From the sequence record OQ067375.1: a stretch of 64,000 nucleotides of DNA; one strand, 5' to 3'. Positions 1-10,079 of the stretch are shown piece after piece. Below the pieces are notes generated by a model. That model was not told the DNA's origin and ran no database searches. It was given only the letters and a program-made list of their open reading frames with translations. This stretch comes from Escherichia phage a48. Position numbers and translations under genes: made by a program. The stretch's first letter is position 1. Each line of letters opens with the position of its first letter.

Positions 1-1117
1 TACTTTTACTTTCTGGAGATTTAAATTTTTCAACCTTTGAGTTAATCAATTCATCAACTTCAGCTTCAACAATTTCATTACTATCAATAGCACCTAACTG
101 ATAAGCACGTTTAATAGCATCTCGGAATGGTTGATGCTTAAATAAAGGACCCCAGAATGTAGTGCAGTTGGTATCTTTTGCACGCCAAGATTTTTCTTCG
201 CGAATCATCTCGCCGGTTTCTTCATCAAGAAATTCACGAGCATACCAACCATTTTTAGGTTTTACTACAAATCCTAATTCTAGAGCCATATCTAACAATC
301 CAGAATAAGGATCAATACCACCGTCAAATTTAACATCAATAAAGAATTTACTTTTTTCTTTAACGGTACGAGATTTTTCTACATTTAGAACAAATTGATA
401 CCCCTGAAGATCAGAACCATCTTTAATCTGACGCTTACCGATAATGAATACAGTATCAGCCGAATACATTACGCCTGTACCACCTGTCATCACGGTTTTA
501 CTAAACATTTCAATTGTTTCAATTGTATGGTTAACCGCAACACATGGAATATTTTTAATGCTAAAGTAAGGAGTAACAATACGGAATAATGACTTCAGTG
601 ATTTAGCACGAGTCATATCTGCCACAGATTTTTCATTCAAGGCATCTTCCGTTTCTTTCTTAGAAGCCATATTACCGATTGAGTCGATGAATACAATAAC
701 TTTTTCACCACGCTCAATAGCTTCAAGCTGATTCACCATATCAATTTTCAGCTGTTCAACTGACTGGATTGGCGTATGAATTACTCGTTCCGGGTCAACT
801 CCCATGGATCGCAAATAAGCTGGAGTAATACCAAATTCACTATCATAGAATAGACAAACCGCGTCAGGATATTTGTTCAAATATGCCGCAACCATAGTCA
901 AAGACATATTTGATTTAAAGTGTTTAGAAGGCCCTGCGAAAATAGTTAAACCAGACTGCATACCGCCATCAATCGCACCAGAAATAGCAATATTAAGCAT
1001 TGGAATTTTTGTACGAATTACATCCTTTTCATTAAAGAATTTAGATGTAGTCAGTTCAGCAGTCATTTTAGAAGTGGAAGCTTTAATCAAACGGGATTTT
1101 AAATCTGCAATAGACAT
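1..1117 (-). CDS. uvsX: UvsX RecA-like recombinase, N-terminal ~372 codons (3' end runs off the window)
   Basis: Minus-strand frame open from ATG at 1117 to position 1; product MSIADLKSRLIKASTSK... with P-loop GPSKHFKS; collinear with T4 uvsX. Confidence 0.9.
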   Translation of the reverse strand, partial: MSIADLKSRLIKASTSKMTAELTTSKFFNEKDVIRTKIPMLNIAISGAIDGGMQSGLTIFAGPSKHFKSNMSLTMVAAYLNKYPDAVCLFYDSEFGITPAYLRSMGVDPERVIHTPIQSVEQLKIDMVNQLEAIERGEKVIVFIDSIGNMASKKETEDALNEKSVADMTRAKSLKSLFRIVTPYFSIKNIPCVAVNHTIETIEMFSKTVMTGGTGVMYSADTVFIIGKRQIKDGSDLQGYQFVLNVEKSRTVKEKSKFFIDVKFDGGIDPYSGLLDMALELGFVVKPKNGWYAREFLDEETGEMIREEKSWRAKDTNCTTFWGPLFKHQPFRDAIKRAYQLGAIDSNEIVEAEVDELINSKVEKFKSPESKS

Positions 1118-1194
1118 TCATTTTTTCCATAGGCATCATTATATTTTCCTCACTGGTTAAAGATAGAGTAATTATAACACAATAAATTTAGGCA

Positions 1195-2043
1195 TTAATC
1201 AACTGCTATTGGATGAATAGCATTAAACTTATGAAATGCTTCTGATTTTTCTTTACGCGAAACGCACATGCGAAGAACCTTTAATGGCTCGTCTTCTTCA
1301 CCCAACGATTTTCGTTTTTCAATATTAGAAGTTTTCCAACGAGCTTGCTCTGGAAACTCTCTATTGATTTGCTCAAGCGCTCTATTATGTTTAGAATTAC
1401 TACGAATTGAACTACACCCGCCAGGAGCTTGTGCTTTTCCAGATACAACTAGATATTTGAACAAGGCCAAATGCGGATAACCTTGATTAATTAAATTGAG
1501 AAATGCATACATATCTTCGCATAAATCAATTTTTCCATACCCAATTTGTTCTGTCGTAAGTTTTCCGAGGTCATACCATGTATTCGTGAATCCATATGAA
1601 TTTTCACGATAATTACCCCAAGATGAAGTAATTTTAAAAATTGGTAGACGAGCATGACCGTGATAATACCCGCAATCCATGGCATCTTCAACATATTGAA
1701 TCAATTCATAGAACTGTTCACGAGTTAATTGATTAATTTTATCTACGCGCCGTTTATCGTCTCTCTTTCGTATTGAACTCATACGAATAGTAGTATCATC
1801 GTCAATCATCCAGATTCGTTGACCTGCATACATATCAGTAATTGCTTTACGAGTACCGGCAATTCCGTTTACATCATCAGGAATAGTTATAATTTTAGCT
1901 CTAGACCCATAGGCATCATAATAAGCTTTTTCTTCATGTTCACGTACTACGATATGAGGTTCATAATCAGTCGGAAACATATCAAGGGCAGAAACTGCCC
2001 CTACACGTTGATAGCTCGGAATTACGAATTGAATCATTTCCAC
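1195..2043 (-). CDS. GT-A-type glycosyltransferase at the beta-gt locus (candidate beta-glucosyl-HMC-alpha-glucosyltransferase of T2/T6 type)
   Basis: 282-aa ORF with N-terminus MIQFVIPSYQR and DxD motif IWMIDDDTTI; lies between uvsX and 42 where T4 has beta-gt but does not resemble the 351-aa T4 beta-gt. Confidence 0.55.
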   Translation of the reverse strand: MEMIQFVIPSYQRVGAVSALDMFPTDYEPHIVVREHEEKAYYDAYGSRAKIITIPDDVNGIAGTRKAITDMYAGQRIWMIDDDTTIRMSSIRKRDDKRRVDKINQLTREQFYELIQYVEDAMDCGYYHGHARLPIFKITSSWGNYRENSYGFTNTWYDLGKLTTEQIGYGKIDLCEDMYAFLNLINQGYPHLALFKYLVVSGKAQAPGGCSSIRSNSKHNRALEQINREFPEQARWKTSNIEKRKSLGEEDEPLKVLRMCVSRKEKSEAFHKFNAIHPIAVD

Positions 2044-2774
2044 TCACCGTTATAATCTTTTTTCACAATATGAGTTTCGCCAGTATTCCACCAATGATCA
2101 ACCAAGTAAAAATGACGAGAATATACATGAAGACTTCCAACATTCCATATAATAGAACCTGCTTTATACTGACGAGTTGAATCGCCGGCATTCAAATCAG
2201 ATACTAATTTATCTAATACGTATTTTTGCCATGCATAATCATTACGGAATCCGAAGACCACGTCATTTGAGCGCATGCTTACTACTGCATTGACTTTCTT
2301 ATCACGAATCAGGTATTGTACTGTATTCGTACACATGAAATCTGACATACCATCTTTATTGTAGTCAAACTGCATAGATGGACGAGTATAAATCATGATA
2401 CCGCGCCGAGAATCAGGATTTTGACCAAGTTCAGCTAAACACATATCATACTGGGCATAGTTATCTTCTGACCAAATAGCCCAACCATAATTCGAGTTAA
2501 TTTCGCCTTTAGAAGATGCTACCTGCTGCCAAATCTTTGGTGTTTCACCTGGAATATCTTTAACAAACAAGCTCTTAGATTTATACCATTCAAGTTCACG
2601 CTGAATGTATTCATCATTAAGAGCGCCAAAAATAAACGGTTCATCTGCTACAAATGATGCGCCAATAATTTCAATAGTTTTAACGCCAGTTTTATCAACT
2701 ACGAAATCTTTTTCCTTTAATGCAAGCCCCAAATGAAGACGGATTTCTTCAACTGTCATAGAGTCACTAATCAT
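2034..2774 (-). CDS. 42: dCMP hydroxymethylase
   Basis: 246-aa ORF MISDSMTVEEIRLHLGLALKEK..., same length and N-terminus as T4 gp42 (thymidylate-synthase fold). Confidence 0.93.
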   Translation of the reverse strand: MISDSMTVEEIRLHLGLALKEKDFVVDKTGVKTIEIIGASFVADEPFIFGALNDEYIQRELEWYKSKSLFVKDIPGETPKIWQQVASSKGEINSNYGWAIWSEDNYAQYDMCLAELGQNPDSRRGIMIYTRPSMQFDYNKDGMSDFMCTNTVQYLIRDKKVNAVVSMRSNDVVFGFRNDYAWQKYVLDKLVSDLNAGDSTRQYKAGSIIWNVGSLHVYSRHFYLVDHWWNTGETHIVKKDYNGEWK

Positions 2775-2781
2775 TTAAACC

Positions 2782-2931
2782 TCAATTGATACATTCATAT
2801 TTAACTTGTAACAGTAATAAACCCCAACCTAAAATAATAGTTGGAATCATAAGAGGAACCGTTACACTATAGTATATACTTATTATAACCATCAAGATTA
2901 AAAGCAATGCTGCTATAATTTTGCTTTTCAT
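2782..2931 (-). CDS. small hydrophobic membrane peptide (imm.1-like)
   Basis: 49-aa ORF MKSKIIAALLLILMVIISIYYSV...; its ATG overlaps the imm stop in an ATGA junction (translational coupling). Confidence 0.45.
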   Translation of the reverse strand: MKSKIIAALLLILMVIISIYYSVTVPLMIPTIILGWGLLLLQVKYECIN

Positions 2932-3179
2932 TCCTTCTCTCTGATGATAATTACCTGATTTGGCTGTGCAGACTTTTTGGTTTCACCCGCAATTGACCAA
3001 ATAAATGTAATAAACCAACCAATAATTGACCAGTTAAACAGTAAAGACGTGAAAAAGATTCCTACTGCCGATTTTGACCCACGCATTAAGGCGATGAACC
3101 ATGGAAGCATGTATATAATAATAGCCAACACGCCTGAAACTAAAACCATAAAAATTGAACCTGCTACTAAAGTTTCCAT
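2928..3179 (-). CDS. imm: superinfection immunity membrane protein Imm
   Basis: 83-aa ORF with two hydrophobic helices, directly downstream of 42 and before 43 as in T4. Confidence 0.85.
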   Translation of the reverse strand: METLVAGSIFMVLVSGVLAIIIYMLPWFIALMRGSKSAVGIFFTSLLFNWSIIGWFITFIWSIAGETKKSAQPNQVIIIREKE

Positions 3180-3186
3180 CTTTTCC

Positions 3187-3567
3187 TCACTTAGTCAAAT
3201 TTTTTACGCATGAATTATAAGAATTCACTACATACTCCATCGGAGCATTTTTACCAGTACGCCATTGGTAATTATTAGCCCAATTTGCCCAAAGTTCAGC
3301 GCAGTAGTTTTCAATTTTTTCTTCGCGTGTAATTACATCCGAATTACGATATGCTTGAGCAGATTCATCTGGACGAATAGCCTCGTCAAAATTCGCCTGC
3401 ATTTGTTCTACTGTCTGTTTTGGAGCTTCTTTATAACACTTGACGTTAGGATTATAAAATTTGCTTGAACAGTTTACAATTTTTCCTACATCAGACTGAT
3501 TTACTACCGGTCCTTGAGCTACACAACCAGTAAGACCTAATGCAATAACCAAAATAGCAATTTTCAT
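3187..3567 (-). CDS. predicted lipoprotein
   Basis: 126-aa ORF with signal peptide and lipobox MKIAILVIALGLTGC. Confidence 0.55.
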   Translation of the reverse strand: MKIAILVIALGLTGCVAQGPVVNQSDVGKIVNCSSKFYNPNVKCYKEAPKQTVEQMQANFDEAIRPDESAQAYRNSDVITREEKIENYCAELWANWANNYQWRTGKNAPMEYVVNSYNSCVKNLTK

Positions 3568-3577
3568 AATAATTTCC

Positions 3578-3826
3578 TCAAATACAAGTAGTAATTACTC
3601 CAGTAGTGCTTACACAGGTATTACCTAATTGAACACCCAGTGTTCCATTAGTATTCATATGAAGATTATCATCAATTTTTGTTGATACTTTACCATTCAT
3701 GTGAATAACAGTATTAGATTCAATCACATTCTGAGTATCATTTTCAATATCAATAAATGGAACAGCTGCTAATGCAACTAAACACACTGCTAAGCAACCA
3801 TAAACAATTTTCATTTTATTCTCCAA
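3578..3826 (-). CDS. small secreted protein
   Basis: 82-aa ORF MENKMKIVYGCLAVCLVALAAVPF with signal peptide; preceded by an early promoter-leader cassette. Confidence 0.5.
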   Translation of the reverse strand: MENKMKIVYGCLAVCLVALAAVPFIDIENDTQNVIESNTVIHMNGKVSTKIDDNLHMNTNGTLGVQLGNTCVSTTGVITTCI

Positions 3827-3846
3827 ATCCGTATTAGTTGATAGTT

Positions 3847-3878
3847 GTATAGTACCACAGAGGAACAGTCTTGTAAAC
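3847..3878 (-). promoter_or_regulatory. T4-type early promoter
   Basis: Minus sense GTTTACA, 17-bp spacer, TGgTACTAT; drives ORF 3578..3826. Confidence 0.55.
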
Positions 3879-3960
3879 AGTTTTGTGAAAAATTTTTAGG
3901 GAATTCTAAAGGTCCAGAATCATCTGTTTTTCATAAGTATAGATTTATATTATTTGTATG

Positions 3961-3981
3961 AAAAAGGGACCCGGAGGTCCC
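3961..3981 (-). terminator. rho-independent terminator after gene 43
   Basis: Minus-sense hairpin GGGACC-UCCG-GGUCCC followed by UUUUU. Confidence 0.6.
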
Positions 3982-3994
3982 TAGATTTATTCTA

Positions 3995-6691
3995 TCAGCC
4001 AAACAGGAAGTCTAACGAAGCTTTTTCTTCATAGTCCATACCAGCCGATTCACACATGCCCGCAAGCGGTTTAACAAACGATTTTTGGAACAAAGTTGAG
4101 TAGTCAATCCAAGATAGTACATCAGAACGAATTTCTTTTGGAAGTTCTGTGCCCGACGGCCAAGCAATGCACTTGTCACCAAATGGATTTCCTTCACGTA
4201 ATGGAAGAACCATTACCTTATTTCCATCCAAAATTGGAGCTACACCTAAACCACTAACAGCTCGACGATAAGTTAGCACACCACGGATATGGAACGGGCA
4301 TTTAAATCCTGGCCAACCTTTATCATCATATTTCGCTATATCGTTCGCAGTTTTTACTTCAGCAATAACTTTATAGTCAAGTTGACGATATTCTTTCTCG
4401 AAGTTCTTGTAATATTCTTGGACAGACTCTTCACCTTCCTGAAGAATACGACGAATACTTTCTTCAAGAGCTTCTTGTACTGCTTTTGGTGTTGAACTCT
4501 GCTGAGTTTCCATACCCATGATTTTTAGATGCGGTTCAGCAAATCGCTTATCTTCCATATCATAAACGTTCAGAGCATAACGTTTTTTCGCTTTCCAAAA
4601 TCCACCAACACCCTTTGAACCAAGTGGAGGACAAGAAATAGCTTCACGGTCCATATGCATCAGATGCTCGCGGTTATTCATATAATCACATAACTCACGA
4701 TATGCAACATCAATCATAGGTTCCATCTTTTTCTTACCGAACTGATTCATGAATTCAACTAAATCGTTCTGCTCTTTGAATCGGTCAAGACCAACTTTTT
4801 CAATAACTTTATCTACACAAACATATACCGAATCAGTATCACCTGCTGCGATGAAATCTTCACCATTAGTTCCGCATACTTTATTCAGATATTCATTAAT
4901 TTTACGAGCAATCCACTGAATACCAACTTGGCCGAAAATTGTGATAGCAGTAGCATTTCGCAAATCATAGTAACGGAAATGAATATTACCAAGAGCGCCA
5001 TAAAGACTGTTAATGAGAATTTTACGGTTCAGCTGATTTGTATTAGCAAGTGTAGCAGCTTTTTCACATTCTTCAATCAGACTATTGAGAACAGATTCAG
5101 TATAATTCGATAGTTCATTTAAGAAATCATCACTGAACTTAACATATCGTTCAACTTCTGGTTTAGTTGAACAAGACCCTGCGCCTTTCATAATAATCTT
5201 TTTAATAGCTTCGGCATTCATTTCTTCAGCGAACATTTTCTTTTTCCAGTCTTTACGCTGGAAAAATACTTTAGCGATTTCCTTTGGAATGATACCTTCT
5301 TGATGCTTATCATACATCCATCCATTCGGAGAACAAGAATATTCTTCACTTGGCTTAGGAGCTGTTCCTGCGATATATTCATGAATTGGATGAACTTTAA
5401 ATTGCCCACGAATAGTCTCAGGACTAATGTTAACCTGACGAATAATGCTCGGATACAGAGACGTCAAGTCAAAACTCATAATATATCGACGAGCAATTGG
5501 TTTAGGTTCAAATACAAATGCACCCGGAAAACTTTGTTTAACGTGCGAACCTTGTTGAGGAATAACCTTGTGTTCACCTTTCAATGAGTTAAAAATAATA
5601 GCATCCCAAGTTTTAATAGGACTCATTACACCAGAAAAAGGCATTTTGGCGTAATAAGACATACTTAAAACTAGATCGATAAACCCACGAATTTTATCAA
5701 TTGCTTGAACTGATTCTACGTCAATGATGTTATAACTAATGTATCGTTGATGATTAGTCTCACGAAGTTTATTAATAGGACCGTCGTATGGTAATTTACC
5801 TTTTTTGGTTTCATGTTGAGCAACTGATTCCAAAGAGAATGACGGCAAATTAGTAAATGCGAATTTCTTATACAAATCTAAATAATCAAGAATAGATACG
5901 CCATCAATAGAATAAATTTCTTTGCTACCGTACATATTTTGGATAAGTTTAGATTTTACTCGACCGATTGGAGAGAAACGTTTCATACTGCGTTCACCGA
6001 GAACCATTTTAACGCGATTCATGATATACGGAACGTCAAATCCCTCAATATTCCAACCAGTAAAAATAGCAGGTCGTTTCTGTTCCCAAAGATTGATATA
6101 TTCCATGAGCATATCGCGCTCATTATCGAATGGCATATAAATTACTCGGTCAAGAATTTCTTGAGGAACTTCATCACCACCTTCACAGTCAAGCTTAGCA
6201 GCTAACTTTGCATCCCATTTTGATACTGAACCGTACATTGAATTCAAAAGGTCGAAAACATAAAAACGATCATCAATTGAATCGTAATGAGTGATAGCAT
6301 CAATTTCATATTCAGCTTTCATTGGGTCAGGAAATTTATCACCAGTAACCTCAATGTCACAGTTAGCTACACGAACAAATTTTCGGTCATAAACAATTTC
6401 TGAACCATATGTATCACTGATATAAGCGAGTTTAAAATCGTTCATACCGAGAGCTTCGAGACCGATGTCTTCCATTCGTTTCATCCAATCTCGAGCATCT
6501 TTCATTGATAGAAATTTTTGAGGAGCGCAGTTTTTACCATAGATGTCTTTGTACTTTGACTCTTCCTTACAATGCCTAAACATAGTTGGAAGATATTCTA
6601 CTTCACGAGTACGTTCCTTTCCGTTTTCATCAATATAACGTTCAACAATGTTATTTCCGACTGTTTCAATAGAGATATAAAATTCTTTCAT
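3995..6691 (-). CDS. 43: DNA polymerase (family B) with 3'-5' exonuclease
   Basis: 898-aa ORF, same length as T4 gp43; polymerase motifs SLYPSII and YGDTDS present. Confidence 0.97.
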   Translation of the reverse strand: MKEFYISIETVGNNIVERYIDENGKERTREVEYLPTMFRHCKEESKYKDIYGKNCAPQKFLSMKDARDWMKRMEDIGLEALGMNDFKLAYISDTYGSEIVYDRKFVRVANCDIEVTGDKFPDPMKAEYEIDAITHYDSIDDRFYVFDLLNSMYGSVSKWDAKLAAKLDCEGGDEVPQEILDRVIYMPFDNERDMLMEYINLWEQKRPAIFTGWNIEGFDVPYIMNRVKMVLGERSMKRFSPIGRVKSKLIQNMYGSKEIYSIDGVSILDYLDLYKKFAFTNLPSFSLESVAQHETKKGKLPYDGPINKLRETNHQRYISYNIIDVESVQAIDKIRGFIDLVLSMSYYAKMPFSGVMSPIKTWDAIIFNSLKGEHKVIPQQGSHVKQSFPGAFVFEPKPIARRYIMSFDLTSLYPSIIRQVNISPETIRGQFKVHPIHEYIAGTAPKPSEEYSCSPNGWMYDKHQEGIIPKEIAKVFFQRKDWKKKMFAEEMNAEAIKKIIMKGAGSCSTKPEVERYVKFSDDFLNELSNYTESVLNSLIEECEKAATLANTNQLNRKILINSLYGALGNIHFRYYDLRNATAITIFGQVGIQWIARKINEYLNKVCGTNGEDFIAAGDTDSVYVCVDKVIEKVGLDRFKEQNDLVEFMNQFGKKKMEPMIDVAYRELCDYMNNREHLMHMDREAISCPPLGSKGVGGFWKAKKRYALNVYDMEDKRFAEPHLKIMGMETQQSSTPKAVQEALEESIRRILQEGEESVQEYYKNFEKEYRQLDYKVIAEVKTANDIAKYDDKGWPGFKCPFHIRGVLTYRRAVSGLGVAPILDGNKVMVLPLREGNPFGDKCIAWPSGTELPKEIRSDVLSWIDYSTLFQKSFVKPLAGMCESAGMDYEEKASLDFLFG

Positions 6692-6750
6692 AGATATTCC
6701 TTAGTTTATAGCCCGAGTTATTAGGCTCTTGATATATTATACTCCAAATA

Positions 6751-6766
6751 AGGGGCCGAAGCCCCT
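6751..6766 (-). other. intercistronic UUCG-tetraloop hairpin (upstream of gene 43)
   Basis: Plus aggggc-cgaa-gcccct; minus-strand mRNA carries C(UUCG)G. Confidence 0.6.
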
Positions 6767-6769
6767 TGC

Positions 6770-6991
6770 TTAAATTAGTACTATTTGCCGGGTGAAAATT
6801 ATCATTCCATCTGCATTAATTGACTTAACGACTGCAGTAAAATGTTTTTGTTCTGGGTGAACTAATTTTTGAAATTCTACCTGAAATTTTAATTGGAGGT
6901 TTTCTGGTAAATCAAAAAGTGTTTCTGTTGCAGAAAGATTATATTTTTCTTTAAGAGACGCCATGTATTCTTGTGGAGTTATAGCAGTCAT
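6770..6991 (-). CDS. hypothetical protein between regA and 43
   Basis: 73-aa ORF from the ATG placed directly after the regA stop (MTAITPQEYMASLKEK...); ORF track gives a longer 87-aa version starting inside regA. Confidence 0.35.
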   Translation of the reverse strand: MTAITPQEYMASLKEKYNLSATETLFDLPENLQLKFQVEFQKLVHPEQKHFTAVVKSINADGMIIFTRQIVLI

Positions 6992-6992
6992 A

Positions 6993-7361
6993 TTAATTAC
7001 CAATCGTATATTTAGGAACGAGTTTCCATTCATGTTTTTGTTTAAAAGAAATAACTCGGAAGTTATTAGTTAAATCTTTCATAAAAGTTCTTTGACCAGG
7101 AACGATTTCAATCAGCCCCCAATCTTCTAACAGCCATGCAATCGAATCACGACGAACTTCATCTTCTTCTGTCATTTCAACTTGACGGCCATCCATACGA
7201 AGCATTTCTTTAAAATGAACGATATAGTATAGTCCTTTTTTCTGAAGAATATGACAGGACTGATACAGAACTTTATCTTTATTATTAGCAATTCCCATAC
7301 GAGTCAAAGTTTCTTTTACTTTCAGAAAATCTTCAGGTTTTTTAAGAGTAATTTCAATCAT
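6993..7361 (-). CDS. regA: translational repressor RegA
   Basis: 122-aa ORF MIEITLKKPEDFLKVKETLTRMG..., length and position as T4 RegA. Confidence 0.9.
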   Translation of the reverse strand: MIEITLKKPEDFLKVKETLTRMGIANNKDKVLYQSCHILQKKGLYYIVHFKEMLRMDGRQVEMTEEDEVRRDSIAWLLEDWGLIEIVPGQRTFMKDLTNNFRVISFKQKHEWKLVPKYTIGN

Positions 7362-7362
7362 T

Positions 7363-7926
7363 TTACCATTCCAATGCTAGTTTTTTGAGTTGTTTCTGTT
7401 CTTTTACGTTCTTAGTCACTTCTTTCAAAAAATCATCCGTGACTAAACCTTTTAGTTCTTTTAATACTAAAGGAAGTTTTCCATTTTTAGTAAGAATTGA
7501 TTTATAGTTAATTGCATCATTTGTATTAACTTGATACCGCTTAGCAAGTAACTTAATAATCAATACTTCGGTGGAATCTTCAACCAGTTTTGCCCATTTA
7601 CCATATCTTTTACCACGAGGAACAGCAGCCATTAGATAATTAAAATGAGCTTCATCACTTAATCCAGAACCGATTAAATTCATTGCATATACAGCTGGCA
7701 TGCACTCTGGAAATTGTGATAATGCATTTTCAACCATGAATTTTGAATAATCTTTTTGAGCAATAGAGCATTTAGTTTTATTATTAATAGCTCCAATTAT
7801 TTCAAAAAACTCATTTTCAGCTTTTTCTTTAAAAGAATCAGCAGCGGATTGGACGGCTGTCCAATCTTTTGAATACCAAGCAACTTGATGCTCGTTTAAT
7901 TGAATATCATCTTCAAATAAGCTCAT
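7363..7926 (-). CDS. 62: clamp loader small subunit
   Basis: 187 aa from internal start MSLFEDDIQ (ORF track extends 7 codons upstream); adjacent to 44. Confidence 0.88.
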   Translation of the reverse strand: MSLFEDDIQLNEHQVAWYSKDWTAVQSAADSFKEKAENEFFEIIGAINNKTKCSIAQKDYSKFMVENALSQFPECMPAVYAMNLIGSGLSDEAHFNYLMAAVPRGKRYGKWAKLVEDSTEVLIIKLLAKRYQVNTNDAINYKSILTKNGKLPLVLKELKGLVTDDFLKEVTKNVKEQKQLKKLALEW

Positions 7927-7927
7927 A

Positions 7928-8887
7928 TCACTTCCACTGCATTTCACATGCTAACTGAATGAAAAGATAAGCTAGATGCAATTCAGTATTAGCTGCAATA
8001 CCATGATACTGATTATTTTCGCCGACAATTTCGTACATACGAATAATACTCTGTGGAGTTACACGTGAATAGATTTCTTCGGCAAGTTTACCCACGAACC
8101 ACGAATAATCGGCTGCATATTTTGGTGCTAAAGCTCTGAGTTGTTTAACATCTTTATTTTTGAGAGACTCAAGAACATCATCAATAGCACCACGATCGTT
8201 AGTAACCAGTGATAAAATACCAGCATCCAAAACACCTTTAGATGAATAACTATCGAGCTCGCCAATAGTTTTACGAAAATCAGGAAAATTCTTTTTAACC
8301 AAAGCTGCTACAACTTTCATATCAGCTATAGCAATTCCTTCATGCTTACAGATTTCAGTCAATCGACGAATCATCTGCTTCATCATTTCAATTTTATCTT
8401 CATCGGTCGGTTGACCGAACGTAATAACTCGGCAGCGTGACTGAAGTGGTTTAATAATACCATCAATATTGTTAGCAGTAATAATAATACTACAGTTTGA
8501 ACTATAAGCTTCCATAAAGGAACGAAGATGTCGCTGAGATTCTGCTAAACCTGAACGGTCAAATTCATCAATAACGATTACTTTTTGACGACCATCAAAT
8601 GAAGCTGCACTAGCAAAATTAGTCAAAGGACCACGAACGAAATCAATTTTACAGTCTGATCCATTCACAAACATCATATCAGCATTTACATCATGACACA
8701 ATGCTTTTGCTACAGTTGTTTTACCTGTTCCTGGAGAAGGAGAATGAAGAATAATATGTGGAATCTTACCTTTACTTGTAATAGATTTAAAGGTTTCTTT
8801 ATCAAAGGCGGGAAGAATACATTCATCGATAGTAGATGGACGATATTTCTGTTCAAGAATGTGTTCTTTTTCATTTACGGTAATCAT
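7928..8887 (-). CDS. 44: clamp loader ATPase subunit (AAA+)
   Basis: 319 aa from [17 protein letters not shown]; Walker A GTGKTT, Walker B VIVIDEFD; GAGGAA ribosome-binding site before this ATG. Confidence 0.92.
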
Positions 8888-8921
8888 AATTTCCTCATTC
8901 AAGTTTTAGTGTAAATTATAA

Positions 8922-8935
8922 AGGGCCGAAGCCCT
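8922..8935 (-). other. intercistronic UUCG-tetraloop hairpin (between 45 and 44)
   Basis: Plus agggc-cgaa-gccct. Confidence 0.6.
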
Positions 8936-8938
8936 CTA

Positions 8939-9625
8939 TTAAAAATCATGGGTAGAATCAGCTTCAAGAGCTACTACATAATTCGCATGTTCACCTTCAA
9001 ATTTAGCAGCGCCTTGTTTACCTTTTGCCCAAAGCAGAAGTTTATAATTTCCTGGTTGCATTTTCATATTTGCCATATTGATAATGAAATTAAATGTGTT
9101 TTCACCATCATAATCACCAAGAGTCAAAGAATATTTAACACGAGTCAAAGCAGAATCTTCTACTTTATTAAAACCGTTAATTACGATTTTACCTTCTTTT
9201 ACTGTGATAGCAATTGTATCAATCTGCAGACCGCGAGATACACGCAACAGCTGTTGAAGGTCTTCAGCTTTAATTTCGGTAACAACAGATGCTACCGGGA
9301 ATGGAATTGGTTTATTAGGAGCAACTACTGTACTCGGATCGGCTGCTGGCCAAAAAATTGTTGAACGGGCATCAGCAATTTTAATATTTCCATCTTCTGA
9401 CTGGGAAATTTCTGCATCATCATTAACTAGAGACAGAATACCGAGAAAACCGTTCAAATCGTAAATTGCTACATCAAAATCAATAGTGTCAGAAATATTT
9501 GCTTCCGCGTAAGTTGTACCATTAACTGCGCGAGTCATAATAAATTGACCGGATTTAAGCATAATACCAGAGTTAATAGTAGCGAAATTTTTGAGCAGAG
9601 CAGTAGTATCTTTAGACAGTTTCAT
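8939..9625 (-). CDS. 45: sliding clamp
   Basis: 228-aa ORF, same length and position as T4 gp45. Confidence 0.95.
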   Translation of the reverse strand: MKLSKDTTALLKNFATINSGIMLKSGQFIMTRAVNGTTYAEANISDTIDFDVAIYDLNGFLGILSLVNDDAEISQSEDGNIKIADARSTIFWPAADPSTVVAPNKPIPFPVASVVTEIKAEDLQQLLRVSRGLQIDTIAITVKEGKIVINGFNKVEDSALTRVKYSLTLGDYDGENTFNFIINMANMKMQPGNYKLLLWAKGKQGAAKFEGEHANYVVALEADSTHDF

Positions 9626-9680
9626 GTAATTTCCTTCAATTCAAATGAGATTTAATTTTATAACTAATTTAATAAAGCAA

Positions 9681-10070
9681 TTAACGATTAAAATCAGCCG
9701 CAATTGTTTCCGCAACAATTTGAGCAGCAACAATTAGACGTTCATCTGCATTACCGCAATAATCATCTTCAAGACGTTCACCACATGAAGTCATAATAAA
9801 TTTAGCACCGGCGTTTAGGGATTCTGTAGTATGTTTGCGCATTAGTTCAATCCATTTATTACTTACTTCACGATCGATAGCTTCATAATACGCATGACGA
9901 GCAGGTGCAGATTTAATTTTGTTCTGAATAACTTCCATTGCGTTATCAGAAAGAGACAAAACCCATGCTCGACGAATTTTATTTTGGTTTTGTGGATTTG
10001 ATTCAGAACGCACGTGTTTTGGCTGAATATCTTTTACATCAACAGTATAATTCACAGTAATTTTAGTCAT
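9681..10070 (-). CDS. rpbA: RNA polymerase-binding protein RpbA
   Basis: 129-aa ORF between 45 and 46, as T4 rpbA. Confidence 0.7.
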
Positions 10071-10079
10071 AATACACCT

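Noticed and set aside
4012-6205. Several 60-95-aa ORFs on the plus strand or in alternate frames inside gene 43 (for example 4289..4495, 5300..5587, 5939..6205)
   Set aside because: They lie wholly within, and antisense or out of frame to, a highly confident 898-aa polymerase gene. The same applies to short ORFs inside genes 46, 47, nrdD, 7 and others.
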